Below, piece after piece: positions 9,133 through 18,946 of a DNA stretch of 43,063 bases. Location of the stretch: contig JAIPJN010000003.1 of NCBI GenBank assembly GCA_021734125.1, forward strand, positions 1 through 43,063, written 5' to 3'. Source of the stretch: Patescibacteria group bacterium. Its GTDB lineage: Bacteria > Patescibacteriota > Patescibacteriia > JAGPKW01. A program made the position numbers and the translations under genes. Within the stretch, counting starts at the first letter, position 1. Each line of letters starts with the position of its first letter. Below the pieces are notes generated by a model. It searched no databases, was not told the DNA's origin, and saw only the letters and a list, made by a program, of their open reading frames with translations.

Positions 9133-10623
9133 TTATTTTTGAAGCAAATTTAAAGCAAAATTTATTCTTTTTATAGATTCTTCTTTCCCTAAAACCCAAA
9201 TAAGTTCAAAAACGCCAGGACTTTTATCAACACCAGATAAAACATATCTTAAAGGCCATAAAACTTGACCATTTTTTAAATCTAAATCATTTATTAATTT
9301 TATAAAACCTTCTTTTAAATTATTTTCAATAATATTTTTGTCTAAATTATAATCTATATCAAAATTATTAATAAGTTTTAAAGAATTTTCTAAAGATGTT
9401 TTTATAATATTTAAATCAACACCCATTTTTTCATTTATTATATCTTCTATATTATAATCAAATATTTCAAATAAAAATAAATCATCTTTTATATCAGAAA
9501 ATTTATTAATTCTTTCTTTTTCTAAAATAGCAATTCTTTTTAAGAAATCTTTATCTATATTATTAAAAGTTATTTCTTCTTTAAAATATTCCAAAAATTT
9601 AGAAAATTCCATATCTCTTATATATTTACTATTAATCCAATTTAATTTTTTCATATCAAAAACAGCACCACCTTTATGAACTTTAGACAAATTAAAAACT
9701 TCTATCATTTCAGAAAGAGAAAATATTTCTTTCTCATCTGGAGTATTAAAACCTAATAAAAACAAAAAATTTAAAATAGCTTCTTTTAAATAACCTTCAG
9801 ATAAATAATCATCAACTGAAACTTTATTTTTTCTTTTAGATAATTTAGTTTTATCTTCATTTAAAATTAAAGGTAGATGAGCAAATTCAGGAAGAGAAAA
9901 ATTAAAAGCTTTATAAATTAAAATTTGTTTAGGAGTATTTGTTATATGATCTTCACCTCGTATAATATGAGATATTTTCATTTCATAATCATCAATAACA
10001 ACAGTAAAATTATATAAAGGTTCATTTATAGATTTAGCTATAATAAAATCATCAAAATCATCAGTATTAAAAGAAATATCACCTCTTACTAAATCATTAA
10101 ATTTTATTCTTTCATTTTTATTTATTTTTAATCTAATAGTAGCATTTTCTCCATTTTTTATTCTTTTTTCGGATTCTTCAATATATTTTTTAATTTCAGA
10201 GCTATCTTGATTATCAGAAGGCCTACATTTGCCATCATATTTATAGGCAATTCCATTATTTTTATTATTTTCTTTTTTTGCATCTAATTCTTCTTTTGTA
10301 CAGAAACAAAAATATGCATTTCCTGAATATAATAAATCTAATAAATATTTTTTATAAATTTCTCCCCTATTACTTTGATAATATAAATTTTCGTCTTTAT
10401 CGGTTCCAATACCTTCATCTGAATAAATTCCTAAATTTTTTAAACCAGAAATTATATTTTCAGCATATTTTTTAGTAGATCTATTTTTGTCGGTATCTTC
10501 CATTCTAAAAACTATTTTCCCATTGTTTTGTTTTGCAAATAAAAAATTGTATAAACAGGTTCTAATTGTTCCAATATGTAATAATCCAGTTGGAGAAGGA
10601 CAAAATCTAACTTTTACAGACAT
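9133..10623 (-). CDS. gltX: Glutamate--tRNA ligase
   Basis: RFCPSPTGLLHIG, IIRGEDH, KLSKR. Confidence 0.97.
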   Translation of the reverse strand: MSVKVRFCPSPTGLLHIGTIRTCLYNFLFAKQNNGKIVFRMEDTDKNRSTKKYAENIISGLKNLGIYSDEGIGTDKDENLYYQSNRGEIYKKYLLDLLYSGNAYFCFCTKEELDAKKENNKNNGIAYKYDGKCRPSDNQDSSEIKKYIEESEKRIKNGENATIRLKINKNERIKFNDLVRGDISFNTDDFDDFIIAKSINEPLYNFTVVIDDYEMKISHIIRGEDHITNTPKQILIYKAFNFSLPEFAHLPLILNEDKTKLSKRKNKVSVDDYLSEGYLKEAILNFLFLLGFNTPDEKEIFSLSEMIEVFNLSKVHKGGAVFDMKKLNWINSKYIRDMEFSKFLEYFKEEITFNNIDKDFLKRIAILEKERINKFSDIKDDLFLFEIFDYNIEDIINEKMGVDLNIIKTSLENSLKLINNFDIDYNLDKNIIENNLKEGFIKLINDLDLKNGQVLWPLRYVLSGVDKSPGVFELIWVLGKEESIKRINFALNLLQK

Positions 10624-10759
10624 ATATAAATATTTTAAAAATTTGTCTCAATTATATAACTAATTAGCTTGTTTTTCAATAATTTGTATAATATTGGTTA
10701 TAATTATTTAATTTAATATACATTTAATTTTAATAATATCGTTTTATTTCATAATTCAT

Positions 10760-10794
10760 GTAGGAACAGGACGATAAAATCGTCCTGTTCCTAC
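10760..10794. repeat. REP-like palindrome, family C
   Basis: GTAGGAACAGGACGAT-AAA-ATCGTCCTGTTCCTAC, with a compensatory C:G to T:A change relative to 399-433. Confidence 0.9.
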
Positions 10795-10883
10795 CATTGT
10801 TGATTATTATTAACATTATTATATAAATTGCACGTTTGTTTTTATGTGTATTAATTTAAAAATTATTGTTTTGATTTATTTAT

Positions 10884-10924
10884 CGGGTGCACAATGTTTA
10901 TGACCAGCCATGGCTGGCCACTAC
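10884..10924 (-). repeat. Chimeric REP-like element (degenerate A arm plus family D)
   Basis: CGGGTGCACAATG..GACCAGCCATGGCTGGCCACTAC. Confidence 0.8.
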
Positions 10925-10983
10925 ATTATTCATATATTAATATTTTTATATAAAATTATACATAATTTAATATACATTTGAAT

Positions 10984-11013
10984 TTGGTAAATAAAAAAAT
11001 AATATGATATAAT
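10984..11013 (+). promoter_or_regulatory. Extended -10 promoter of the 11070 ORF
   Basis: TTGGTA-N18-TATAAT with TG at the extended -10 position. Confidence 0.5.
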
Positions 11014-11069
11014 ATCTGTATCTTTAAAAATTTATTGCAAATGTACTGAAAACAGTACTAGGAGGAAAA

Positions 11070-11777
11070 ATGAAAAAAATAATGATAATTTTACCAGTAT
11101 TTATTTTACTGAACGCATCATTATTTGCTTTTGGACTTGATATGGAGTATCAAAATTTTAATTTACTGGAAGAAAAAAAAGAAAAGGGGGTTTTAAACAT
11201 TGAAATAAATCAAAGTATTCCTATTACTGAAAATTTTGGAACAGAATTTATAATAAACTTTAATCCAATATTTTTAGATGATTCTGAAGTTATTTTAGAT
11301 AAAAATTTTCAATTTACTGGAAGTATATCTTATAAAGATATTCTTTTTTATTTTAAAAAAGATATTAAAGAATATTTAAAAATAATAGGAATACAAAAAA
11401 AATATTCTCAATACAAAAAAATGGGAATAGAATTTTTACTTCCATATAATCATTACTCTTATGAAAATAATTCTATATATTTGAATAAAAATAAAGCTGT
11501 TATTTTTATAATAGAAGATCAATTTTTCAAAAATAATGAAAATTTTAGTATTTTTATAAAAGAGAAATTAAAATTTGAAGAAATAAATTCTTATGTAAAA
11601 AATGAAAATTATAACGAATTTATTAATTCTAAAATAGATATTTCTATTCAAAATAAAATAGGAGTCCAAAGCGGTTATTTTAATTGTGGAGTTTTAAATA
11701 CAATTAATATTAATACTCCATTAAAAACAAAATTAGATTTTAATGATTCAAAATTATTTGTAGGATTTAAATTCTAA
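11070..11777 (+). CDS. Secreted hypothetical protein with beta-barrel-like C-terminus
   Basis: Signal peptide MKKIMIILPVFILLNASLFA, C-terminus LFVGFKF, AGGAGG at 11060-11065. Confidence 0.7.
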   Translation: MKKIMIILPVFILLNASLFAFGLDMEYQNFNLLEEKKEKGVLNIEINQSIPITENFGTEFIINFNPIFLDDSEVILDKNFQFTGSISYKDILFYFKKDIKEYLKIIGIQKKYSQYKKMGIEFLLPYNHYSYENNSIYLNKNKAVIFIIEDQFFKNNENFSIFIKEKLKFEEINSYVKNENYNEFINSKIDISIQNKIGVQSGYFNCGVLNTININTPLKTKLDFNDSKLFVGFKF

Positions 11778-11791
11778 ATTTCTTTTAAATT

Positions 11792-11824
11792 AATCCGTCT
11801 AAGATAATATTAGGCGGATTTTTT
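11792..11824 (+). terminator. Intrinsic terminator between the 11070 ORF and convergent rfbD
   Basis: AATCCGTCTAA/TTAGGCGGATT stem followed by a T run. Confidence 0.75.
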
Positions 11825-12671
11825 AAGAGATAAAATTTTCAATTAAAGCATCATTCCAAACTCTGTGAGTAAAATCAGTTTTTGTATCAATTAAATAAGA
11901 ATATTTAGGTCTTTTTGCTTCAGTTTTAAAAAAATTAGAAGATACAGGATTTATTTTAATATTTATATTATTAATTTCACATATTTTTTTTGCAAAATTA
12001 TACCAAGAAATGCAACCAGAATTAGAAAAATGATAAATACCAGAAGAATAATTTTTTAATATTAAATAATTTGTAAAATTGATTAAATCAAGAGTATAAG
12101 TTGGTGACCCAAATTGATCATTTATAATATTTAATTCTTTCTTATTTTTTGCTAATTTTAAAATAGTATTTACAAAATTATTACCGATTTTATCAAACAA
12201 CCAAGAAGTTCTGATAATATAATATTCTAAATTAGATTTTTCAGAAATTTCTTGAATATATTTTTCACCTTTTAATTTACTTTTTCCATAAATATTTAAA
12301 GGATTTAAATCTTCATTATTTTCACAATATCCATCTTTATTTTTACCTGAAAATACATAATCTGTAGAAAAATGAACAAATTTAGTATTCAATTCAGAGC
12401 AAATTTTAGCTAAATTCAGAACAGATTTAGAATTTATTAAAAAAGCTAATTCCCTATTATTTTCTGCTTCATCTACTTTTGTATAAGCAGTACAATTAAT
12501 AAGAAAATCAGGATTTATTTTTTTTAATGTATTTTGAACTTTTAAAAAATCAGTTATGTCCAATTCATTTTTACTAAAAGAAAATATTTTATAATTTTCA
12601 TTTTTTATAAAAAAATCAAACATTCTTTTTCCTAACATTCCATTTTTACCTAATATAACTATTGTTTTCAT
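11823..12671 (-). CDS. rfbD: dTDP-4-dehydrorhamnose reductase
   Basis: GKNGMLG, AYTKVDEAE, STDYVFSG, YGKSK, DQFGSPT, AKRPKYS. Confidence 0.95.
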   Translation of the reverse strand: MKTIVILGKNGMLGKRMFDFFIKNENYKIFSFSKNELDITDFLKVQNTLKKINPDFLINCTAYTKVDEAENNRELAFLINSKSVLNLAKICSELNTKFVHFSTDYVFSGKNKDGYCENNEDLNPLNIYGKSKLKGEKYIQEISEKSNLEYYIIRTSWLFDKIGNNFVNTILKLAKNKKELNIINDQFGSPTYTLDLINFTNYLILKNYSSGIYHFSNSGCISWYNFAKKICEINNINIKINPVSSNFFKTEAKRPKYSYLIDTKTDFTHRVWNDALIENFIS

Positions 12672-12720
12672 ATTATATAATAATTTTTAACAAAGACATA
12701 TTTATATTAAATCAAAAAAT

Positions 12721-12756
12721 AAAAAAAATAACCAGTTTGAAGCTAGTTATTTTTTT
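12721..12756 (-). terminator. Intrinsic terminator after rpmE
   Basis: AAAAAATAAC..GTTATTTTTT inverted repeat. Confidence 0.5.
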
Positions 12757-12762
12757 AAATAT

Positions 12763-13059
12763 TTAAGATTCATCTTCTACAGCATTGGCTTTTTTTATTT
12801 TAGAATCTCTTCTTTTTTCTTTTTTTTGTGCTTTTGTTTTTTGATAATCTTCAATTTTTGCTGCAGATCTTTTCTTAAACTTATCTACCCTACCTGAAGT
12901 ATCAATTAAATTAGCTTTTCCTGTATAGAATGAATGACAATTAGAACATACATCCGTAGTAAGTTCTTTTACCGTTCCACCAGTTTTAAAAACTTTACCA
13001 CAAGAAGAGCATGTAACAGTAGCATCAGTATAGAATGTTGGTTGTATATCTTTTTTCAT
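12763..13059 (-). CDS. rpmE: 50S ribosomal protein bL31 (Zn-binding form)
   Basis: [30 protein letters not shown]. Confidence 0.95.
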   Translation of the reverse strand: MKKDIQPTFYTDATVTCSSCGKVFKTGGTVKELTTDVCSNCHSFYTGKANLIDTSGRVDKFKKRSAAKIEDYQKTKAQKKEKRRDSKIKKANAVEDES

Positions 13060-13065
13060 ATTTAT

Positions 13066-14214
13066 TTATTTAATTTCTATATTTGTATTTATAGGTACTA
13101 TATTAACCCAAATTTTTCCATTTGTAAACTTATATTCAGAATCTTCAACAAAAAACTTAGTTTTTTTATCTTCTCTAAACCATTTTCCTTCAATATATTT
13201 TCCATCTCTTATTAAAATAACATCTCCTCCTAAATTAGATTCTAACACCATTTTTTTTCTACCAACTGAATCTATAACAGAGGTTTCTACAAATTGAATT
13301 ACTATATTTTTAGTTTCTATTATATTATCTTTAGAATCTAAATCATAATAAGGATTATTTTTAGAATAAAATCTTTCATAATTATTAGTTTTTTCATTAT
13401 ATTTCCATAAAACATTATAATTAGGGGTTCCATATTTAATAAAAACAGATTCAGCTACAGAATTATTTTTAAACTTTGATAAATAATTTTTATTATTATT
13501 AAATTTATAAGATTCAATATTATTTTCATTTTCAATATTAAAATCAGAAATATAATCTTTTATTAAATCAGTAGAACTATATGCATTATGAGGCGCTATT
13601 TGGTAAATATTTCTCCAAAAATAATCATTTTCATAAACCATTCCATTCAAACTTATAATATCATAATAATTATTACTAATTTCATATAAAGCTTGATTAC
13701 TTCCACCAAAATGGACATACAATGGTGAATATTCTTCTGCAATTTTAACAAAATATGGTCTTGCTGATCTTATTGGTCCAATTTTTGGAACATTAGTAGA
13801 TCCATCAAATATAAATAAAAATCTAGTAATTTTAGCCTCAGCAAGAGCTTCATAAACTATAGAAGCTTCATTTATACCAGAAAGAGGTCTAGCATCTGAA
13901 CTATTTTCAACCATAACTGCATAAGGTCTTAAATCGTTATCAATTCCCTCTTCTAATTCTACACCGTTTAATTTACTTATATTTTTTTTATCATTTTCAG
14001 ATATAGTATCTCCTATTAATTCTAAATTATCTTCATTATTAATCTCATTTTTATACATATATGAAGATACAGATTCATCATAAGTTTGCATATATCTATA
14101 AACAAAAAATAAAAAAACAGCAAAGAAATCTATTACTATAAAAACCAATAAACAAAGGACCCAAGAAGATCCTTTGCTTATAATTTTCTTTTTTTCTTTT
14201 TTTCTTTTTTTCAT
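13066..14214 (-). CDS. DUF3048 (YerB-like) membrane-anchored protein
   Basis: RPYAVMVEN..ARPLSG, YEALAE..ITRF, IGPIRSARPYF, APHN. Confidence 0.85.
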   Translation of the reverse strand: MKKRKKEKKKIISKGSSWVLCLLVFIVIDFFAVFLFFVYRYMQTYDESVSSYMYKNEINNEDNLELIGDTISENDKKNISKLNGVELEEGIDNDLRPYAVMVENSSDARPLSGINEASIVYEALAEAKITRFLFIFDGSTNVPKIGPIRSARPYFVKIAEEYSPLYVHFGGSNQALYEISNNYYDIISLNGMVYENDYFWRNIYQIAPHNAYSSTDLIKDYISDFNIENENNIESYKFNNNKNYLSKFKNNSVAESVFIKYGTPNYNVLWKYNEKTNNYERFYSKNNPYYDLDSKDNIIETKNIVIQFVETSVIDSVGRKKMVLESNLGGDVILIRDGKYIEGKWFREDKKTKFFVEDSEYKFTNGKIWVNIVPINTNIEIK

Positions 14215-14228
14215 TGTATAGACAAAAA

Positions 14229-14888
14229 TTATTCCTTTTCAGTATTTTTATTTTCATCAGACTCAGAAGATTCTTCTTCACCCATTTCACCTTCTTCTCC
14301 TTCTTCAGTTTCAGGTTCTTCTATTTTTTCTTCTCTCATTGTTTGAATAATAAATATAACTTCTTCTTTGTCTTGTAATAATTCAAATTTTTCAGGGATA
14401 TTAAGATCAGATATTCTAATTAAATCACCATCTTCTGATAAAGAAGAAATATCAACTTCAAAAGATTTAACCAAATCCTCAGGAGTACATTTAACTCTTA
14501 TAGCTTCTAGATGTTGATCTAATAATAAACCTTTTTTAGATGCAGGAGCTTCTCCTATAGCTTCTATAGGAATTTCTGTAGTTAATTTTTCACCTTTTTT
14601 AACTTCATAAAAATCAATATGTATTAAATCTCCTTTATAGTTCCAAGAAGCATCATTTATAAGGACTTTATGAATTTTTCCATCAATATCAAGATCTATA
14701 ATAGAACTTTTTTCAGCTATTTGAGCAATTTTTAAAAATTCTATCTTATCAACAGAAATATAAATATTATTTTTTAAAGAGTGACTATAGATAACAGCAG
14801 GAATTTTATTTTCTCTTCGTAAAGATTTATTTTCTGATCTTTTTAAATCTCTTTTTTGTGACTTTAATTCAATTTTTTCTTTTATCAT
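14229..14888 (-). CDS. rplY: 50S ribosomal protein bL25 (Ctc long form)
   Basis: LRRENKIPAVIY, HIDFY, acidic tail. Confidence 0.92.
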   Translation of the reverse strand: MIKEKIELKSQKRDLKRSENKSLRRENKIPAVIYSHSLKNNIYISVDKIEFLKIAQIAEKSSIIDLDIDGKIHKVLINDASWNYKGDLIHIDFYEVKKGEKLTTEIPIEAIGEAPASKKGLLLDQHLEAIRVKCTPEDLVKSFEVDISSLSEDGDLIRISDLNIPEKFELLQDKEEVIFIIQTMREEKIEEPETEEGEEGEMGEEESSESDENKNTEKE

Positions 14889-14901
14889 TTCTGTAAAATT
14901 A

Positions 14902-15243
14902 TTAATTAATATTATTTTTTATTTTCATATTTTTTATATCATCTATACTTATAGGTTTTTTATTTTTCAAATTTAAAATTTCAGATGGATTTAAATCTGT
15001 TAAAAAAACTACAGCATTACCTATACCAGAAGAAGCCATATCTAAAACAGATATTACAGCAGCTCCACAGTAATTACATTTAGCATAAAAAATATTTCTA
15101 TCTTTTTGCCTATCAATAAGCTTAACTGACATAGAACTCTTTTTATTTTTATTATTACAAAGAGGACATACAGAAGCCGATTTCATAAGCTGTTCAGTTA
15201 TATCGTTAAAATTATTATCTAACATAAAATACAAATAATGCAA
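14902..15243 (-). CDS. Hypothetical Zn-ribbon protein
   Basis: CPLC and CNYC pairs, plus TDL..E and ISIDD motifs. The start may be the downstream MLDNN. Confidence 0.7.
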   Translation of the reverse strand: MHYLYFMLDNNFNDITEQLMKSASVCPLCNNKNKKSSMSVKLIDRQKDRNIFYAKCNYCGAAVISVLDMASSGIGNAVVFLTDLNPSEILNLKNKKPISIDDIKNMKIKNNIN

Positions 15244-15329
15244 ATTATTTAAGCTAATAATAACAAATGTTTCAAAAAATGTAAACTCCAGATATTAATT
15301 AATAGTTTTTTATATAATTAAAGAAAAAA

Positions 15330-15803
15330 TTAATATTGCTGAAATTTTACTGCCCTTCTAGCTTTATTAATCTCATCTTTTTTCTTTAAGTCTTCTTTCT
15401 TATCATAAGCTTTTTTCCCTCTAGCAAGTGCTATTTCAATTTTTATAAAATTATTTTTATTATAAACCTTAATTGGAACTATTGAATAACCTTTTGTTTT
15501 TACTTTTTGATGTATTTTTAATATTTCATTTTTATTTAAAAGTAAATTTCTAGTTCTTTCAGGGTCGTAATTTTCGTTTTTTTTAGCCATTTCATATGGC
15601 CTTATCCTAGAATTTAATAAAACAATAGAAAAATCAGTCATTATTTTAACATAAGCTGATTTAATAGTCATTCCACCATTTCTTATAGATTTAACTTCAC
15701 TTCCTAAAAGTTTTACCCCAGCTTCATATTTATCTATAATTTCATAATCTAATTTAGCTTTACTATTTACACAATAAATTTTATTTAAAAAATTCTTTTT
15801 CAT
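15330..15803 (-). CDS. smpB: SsrA-binding protein
   Basis: YEAGVKLLGSEVKSIR, RTRNLLL, IALARGKKAYDK. Confidence 0.97.
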   Translation of the reverse strand: MKKNFLNKIYCVNSKAKLDYEIIDKYEAGVKLLGSEVKSIRNGGMTIKSAYVKIMTDFSIVLLNSRIRPYEMAKKNENYDPERTRNLLLNKNEILKIHQKVKTKGYSIVPIKVYNKNNFIKIEIALARGKKAYDKKEDLKKKDEINKARRAVKFQQY

Positions 15804-15863
15804 AAATAAAAAATAGCATATTCCCTTGATTTTTTCAAAAAATAATATATAATATCAGATACT

Positions 15864-16165
15864 GGGGATGAATTTTAGAGTCGCTAAAATTCAAAAAATT
15901 TATAATGAAGAAGTTATAAAGTTAGTTGCAAAAAACAAGATTGCAAACGCATTCGAACAAGCGTCTAACGCTTTCAGAATGCAACCAGTGATGGCCTAAA
16001 TTTAAAATTTAGGAGAAATCACACCTTTCGATATTTCGATATTTCGAAGAAAACTATTCTAGTTTTAGAATAAAAACAAAAGTTTTGATATTTCTTTTTA
16101 AAAAAATATTTGCATTCTTATAAATAGAATTTTACACACGGGTGCAATTCCCGTCATCTCCACCA
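15864..16165 (+). ncRNA. ssrA: tmRNA
   Basis: 5' GGGGATG pairs with 3' CATCTCC-A-CCA (G3:U pair), T arm ACGGG-TGCAATT-CCCGT, tag frame 15928-15999 (AKNKIANAFEQASNAFRMQPVMA*), divergent from smpB. Confidence 0.92.
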
Positions 16166-16227
16166 CAAATTAATAATTAAATAAAAAATTTATTTATAAC
16201 AAAAATTATAAAAAAAAATCAAAATCA

Positions 16228-16749
16228 ATGCCGAAATACAGAAAAAATGAAGAAATTAAAGCAGATAAAGTTATTTTAATTGGTCCAGAAGGAGAAGCTA
16301 AAGGTGAAGTAGATTTAAATTATGCTATTACATTTGCTAAAGAAGCTAATTTAGATCTTGTAGAGGTTTCCCCTAAAGCAGAACCTCCAGTTTGTAAAGT
16401 TTTAGATTTAGGACAATTCTTATATGAACAAAAGAAAAAAGTAAAAGCTAATCAGAAAAAAAATATAAAAGTAGTAGTAAAAGGGGTAAAATTATCTCAA
16501 AATATAGGAAAACATGATTTTGAAACTAAATTAAAACAAGGTGAAAGATTTTTATCTAAAGGAAATAAGATAAAAATAGAACTACAACTTAAAGGAAGAG
16601 AAAAAAAATATGCTGATATTGGTAAAGAAGTTATATATAAATATATAGAAAACTTGAAACAATTAGGAAAATTTGATATTATCATCGAAGATCAGTTAAG
16701 TTTTAAACATGGAAAAATAAATTGTATAATAGCTTTAAAAAAGAAATAA
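16228..16749 (+). CDS. infC: Translation initiation factor IF-3
   Basis: LDLVEVSPKAEPPVCKV, IGKHDFETK, KGRE. Confidence 0.96.
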   Translation: MPKYRKNEEIKADKVILIGPEGEAKGEVDLNYAITFAKEANLDLVEVSPKAEPPVCKVLDLGQFLYEQKKKVKANQKKNIKVVVKGVKLSQNIGKHDFETKLKQGERFLSKGNKIKIELQLKGREKKYADIGKEVIYKYIENLKQLGKFDIIIEDQLSFKHGKINCIIALKKK

Positions 16750-16750
16750 A

Positions 16751-16948
16751 ATGCCTAAGATAAAAACAACAAAACAGATATCAAAAAGAATAAGAATTAA
16801 AAAATCTGGAAAAATGGATCATGAAACATGTGGTCAAGATCATTTTAATTCTAGAGAAAATGGTAATACTAAAAGAAATAAAAGAAAGAAAAATCAAATA
16901 TCCAAAAAAGGTGGACTTTTTGATTTAGCTAAAAAAACAATTCAATAA
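16751..16948 (+). CDS. rpmI: 50S ribosomal protein bL35
   Basis: MPKIKT..KRI..SGK, located between infC and rplT. Confidence 0.88.
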   Translation: MPKIKTTKQISKRIRIKKSGKMDHETCGQDHFNSRENGNTKRNKRKKNQISKKGGLFDLAKKTIQ

Positions 16949-16970
16949 TTTATTAAGATTAAGAAGTAAT

Positions 16971-17324
16971 ATGAGTAGAGTTAAAAGAGGTGTTAACCAC
17001 ACTAAAAAGAGAAAAAAGTTACTTAAACTTACTAAAGGTTATAGACTCGGTAGAAAAAATCTAGTAAGAAGAGCTAAAGAAGCGATTAAACATGCAGGAG
17101 TTCATGCTTATGTTGGAAGAAAAGATAAAAAAGGAGATTTTAGAAAAATATGGACTATAAAAATAAATGCTGCTTTAAGGGGTTTAAATGAAAAATATAG
17201 TTATAGTAAATTTATAGGAAATTTAAAGAAAAATAATATAGAAATAGATAGAAAAGTATTAGCTGATTTAGCAGAAAATAATCCAGAAGTGTTTAAAAAT
17301 ATAGTAGAAAAAACAATGAAATAA
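16971..17324 (+). CDS. rplT: 50S ribosomal protein bL20
   Basis: MSRVKRG, FRKIW..INAA, IDRKVLADLA. Confidence 0.97.
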   Translation: MSRVKRGVNHTKKRKKLLKLTKGYRLGRKNLVRRAKEAIKHAGVHAYVGRKDKKGDFRKIWTIKINAALRGLNEKYSYSKFIGNLKKNNIEIDRKVLADLAENNPEVFKNIVEKTMK

Positions 17325-17325
17325 T

Positions 17326-17362
17326 AAAAATCCCTTTAGTTCTATAAATTAAAGGGATTTTT
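17326..17362 (+). terminator. Intrinsic terminator after rplT
   Basis: AAAAATCCCTTTA/TAAAGGGATTTTT. Confidence 0.8.
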
Positions 17363-17392
17363 AAAATTTAAAATAAAAATAAAAACAAAAAT

Positions 17393-17974
17393 ATGTCAGA
17401 AGAAGAAAAAACTCAAAAATTAATAGAACATTTAGTAAAAATAAGGAATGAAGTTGATATTGCTTTAGAAGATTATAATTTAAATAAAAAAGATACTTCA
17501 ACTATAAAAAATAAGTTAAATGATGTTAAAGAATATAAAGAAGATGAAGATAAGGTGATAGAAGGTATATTTAATGGAGAAATTATGATAGGACCAGAGG
17601 AAAAACAATATAGTATTCCATCAAATTATATTTCTAAATCTAAAATAATAGAGGGAGATAAATTAAAACTTACTATAAAGCCAGATGGAACTTTTGTTTA
17701 TAAACAAATAGAACTTATGCCAAGAAAAAGAACAAAAGGTATATTATCAAAATCTAAAGATGGTGGCTTTGAAGTTTTAGCTGAAGGAAAAACATATAAA
17801 GTTCAAAAAGCAAGCATAACTTATTATAAAGGTGAAATTGGAGATGAAGTAATTATTTTAGTACCAAAAAATAATAATAGTGTTTGGGCTGGAGTTGAAA
17901 ATATTATTAAAAGTGGTAATAAAGAAAATAAAGAAATAAAAGCAATAAGTCTTGAAGAATTAAAAAATAATTAA
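17393..17974 (+). CDS. Conserved hypothetical protein (CPR-type)
   Basis: IEGIFNGEIMIGPEEKQYSIPSNYISKSKIIEGD..KLTI..DG.FVYKQI resembles a family I recall from CPR genomes. Function unknown. Confidence 0.7.
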   Translation: MSEEEKTQKLIEHLVKIRNEVDIALEDYNLNKKDTSTIKNKLNDVKEYKEDEDKVIEGIFNGEIMIGPEEKQYSIPSNYISKSKIIEGDKLKLTIKPDGTFVYKQIELMPRKRTKGILSKSKDGGFEVLAEGKTYKVQKASITYYKGEIGDEVIILVPKNNNSVWAGVENIIKSGNKENKEIKAISLEELKNN

Positions 17975-17991
17975 TAAATTAATAAAAGGAT

Positions 17992-18285
17992 ATGGGATCA
18001 ATGTTTTCAAAATTAAAAGAAGTAAAAGATTTAGCAGGACAAGCTAAAAAATTACAAGGTCAATTAAAAGATGAATTTATAGTTACAGAAAAATCTGGTA
18101 TAAAAATAACTATGAACGGTAATCAAGTTATAGAAAAAATTGAAATATCAGATGAGCTTTTAGGGAAAAAAGATAAATTAGAAAATGGGCTAAAAGATGC
18201 TATAAATGATGGTATTAAAAAAGTCCAAAAAATAATGACAGAAAAAATGAAAGGTATGGATGAATTTAAATCTATATTAAAATAA
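17992..18285 (+). CDS. ybaB: YbaB/EbfC nucleoid-associated protein
   Basis: QAKKLQ, ITMNGNQ, AINDGIKK, directly upstream of recR. Confidence 0.88.
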   Translation: MGSMFSKLKEVKDLAGQAKKLQGQLKDEFIVTEKSGIKITMNGNQVIEKIEISDELLGKKDKLENGLKDAINDGIKKVQKIMTEKMKGMDEFKSILK

Positions 18286-18288
18286 AAA

Positions 18289-18885
18289 GTGTTTCCAAAT
18301 AAATTGCAAAATTTAATAAAAGAAATCCATAAATTACCTACAATAGGAACTAAAACTGCTGAAAAAATAGCACTTTATCTTTTAAATCAAAATCAGGAAG
18401 AAAAAAGTGAGTTAATAAAAAGTATAAATGAGTTAAAAGATATAAAGTTATGTAAAGCATGTTTTAATTTCTGTGAAAAAGATTACTGTGATATATGTTT
18501 AGATAAAAAAAGAGACTCTTCTGTTATCTGTATTGTTGCATTTCCTAAAAATATACAAACAATAGAAGCGTCATCTAAATTTAATGGAAAATATCATGTA
18601 TTACATGGAGTTTTAGATACTATTAATGGAATTTCTGAAGAAGACATTAAATTAAAAGAGTTTTTCAATAGAATTGAAAAAAATAAAGACAAAATAAAAG
18701 AAATAATTTTAGGACTCTCCCCTACTATAGAAGGCGAAGCTACTATGATATATATTTCTAAAAAATTAAAAAAATATGATATCAAAATAACTAGATTTGC
18801 AAGAGGTATACAAGTGGGTTTAGATATTGATTATACAGATATAATAACTTTACAAGATGCTATATCAAAAAGAACTGATATTTAA
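18289..18885 (+). CDS. recR: Recombination mediator RecR
   Basis: LPTIGTKTAEK HhH motif, C4 Zn finger, YHVLHG, EGEAT. GTG start. Confidence 0.96.
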   Translation: MFPNKLQNLIKEIHKLPTIGTKTAEKIALYLLNQNQEEKSELIKSINELKDIKLCKACFNFCEKDYCDICLDKKRDSSVICIVAFPKNIQTIEASSKFNGKYHVLHGVLDTINGISEEDIKLKEFFNRIEKNKDKIKEIILGLSPTIEGEATMIYISKKLKKYDIKITRFARGIQVGLDIDYTDIITLQDAISKRTDI

Positions 18886-18889
18886 ATAA

Positions 18890-18918
18890 TTGACCAAAAA
18901 TATTTTTTTTGTTATAAT
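18890..18918 (+). promoter_or_regulatory. sigma70 promoter of rplU
   Basis: TTGACC-N17-TATAAT with extended -10 TG. Confidence 0.7.
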
Positions 18919-18946
18919 TCTCTTATATAATTTTTAAAGAACTACA

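Noticed and set aside
16026-16048. TTTCGATA tandem repeat
   Set aside because: Lies inside tmRNA and is explained as a TTCG-capped hairpin.
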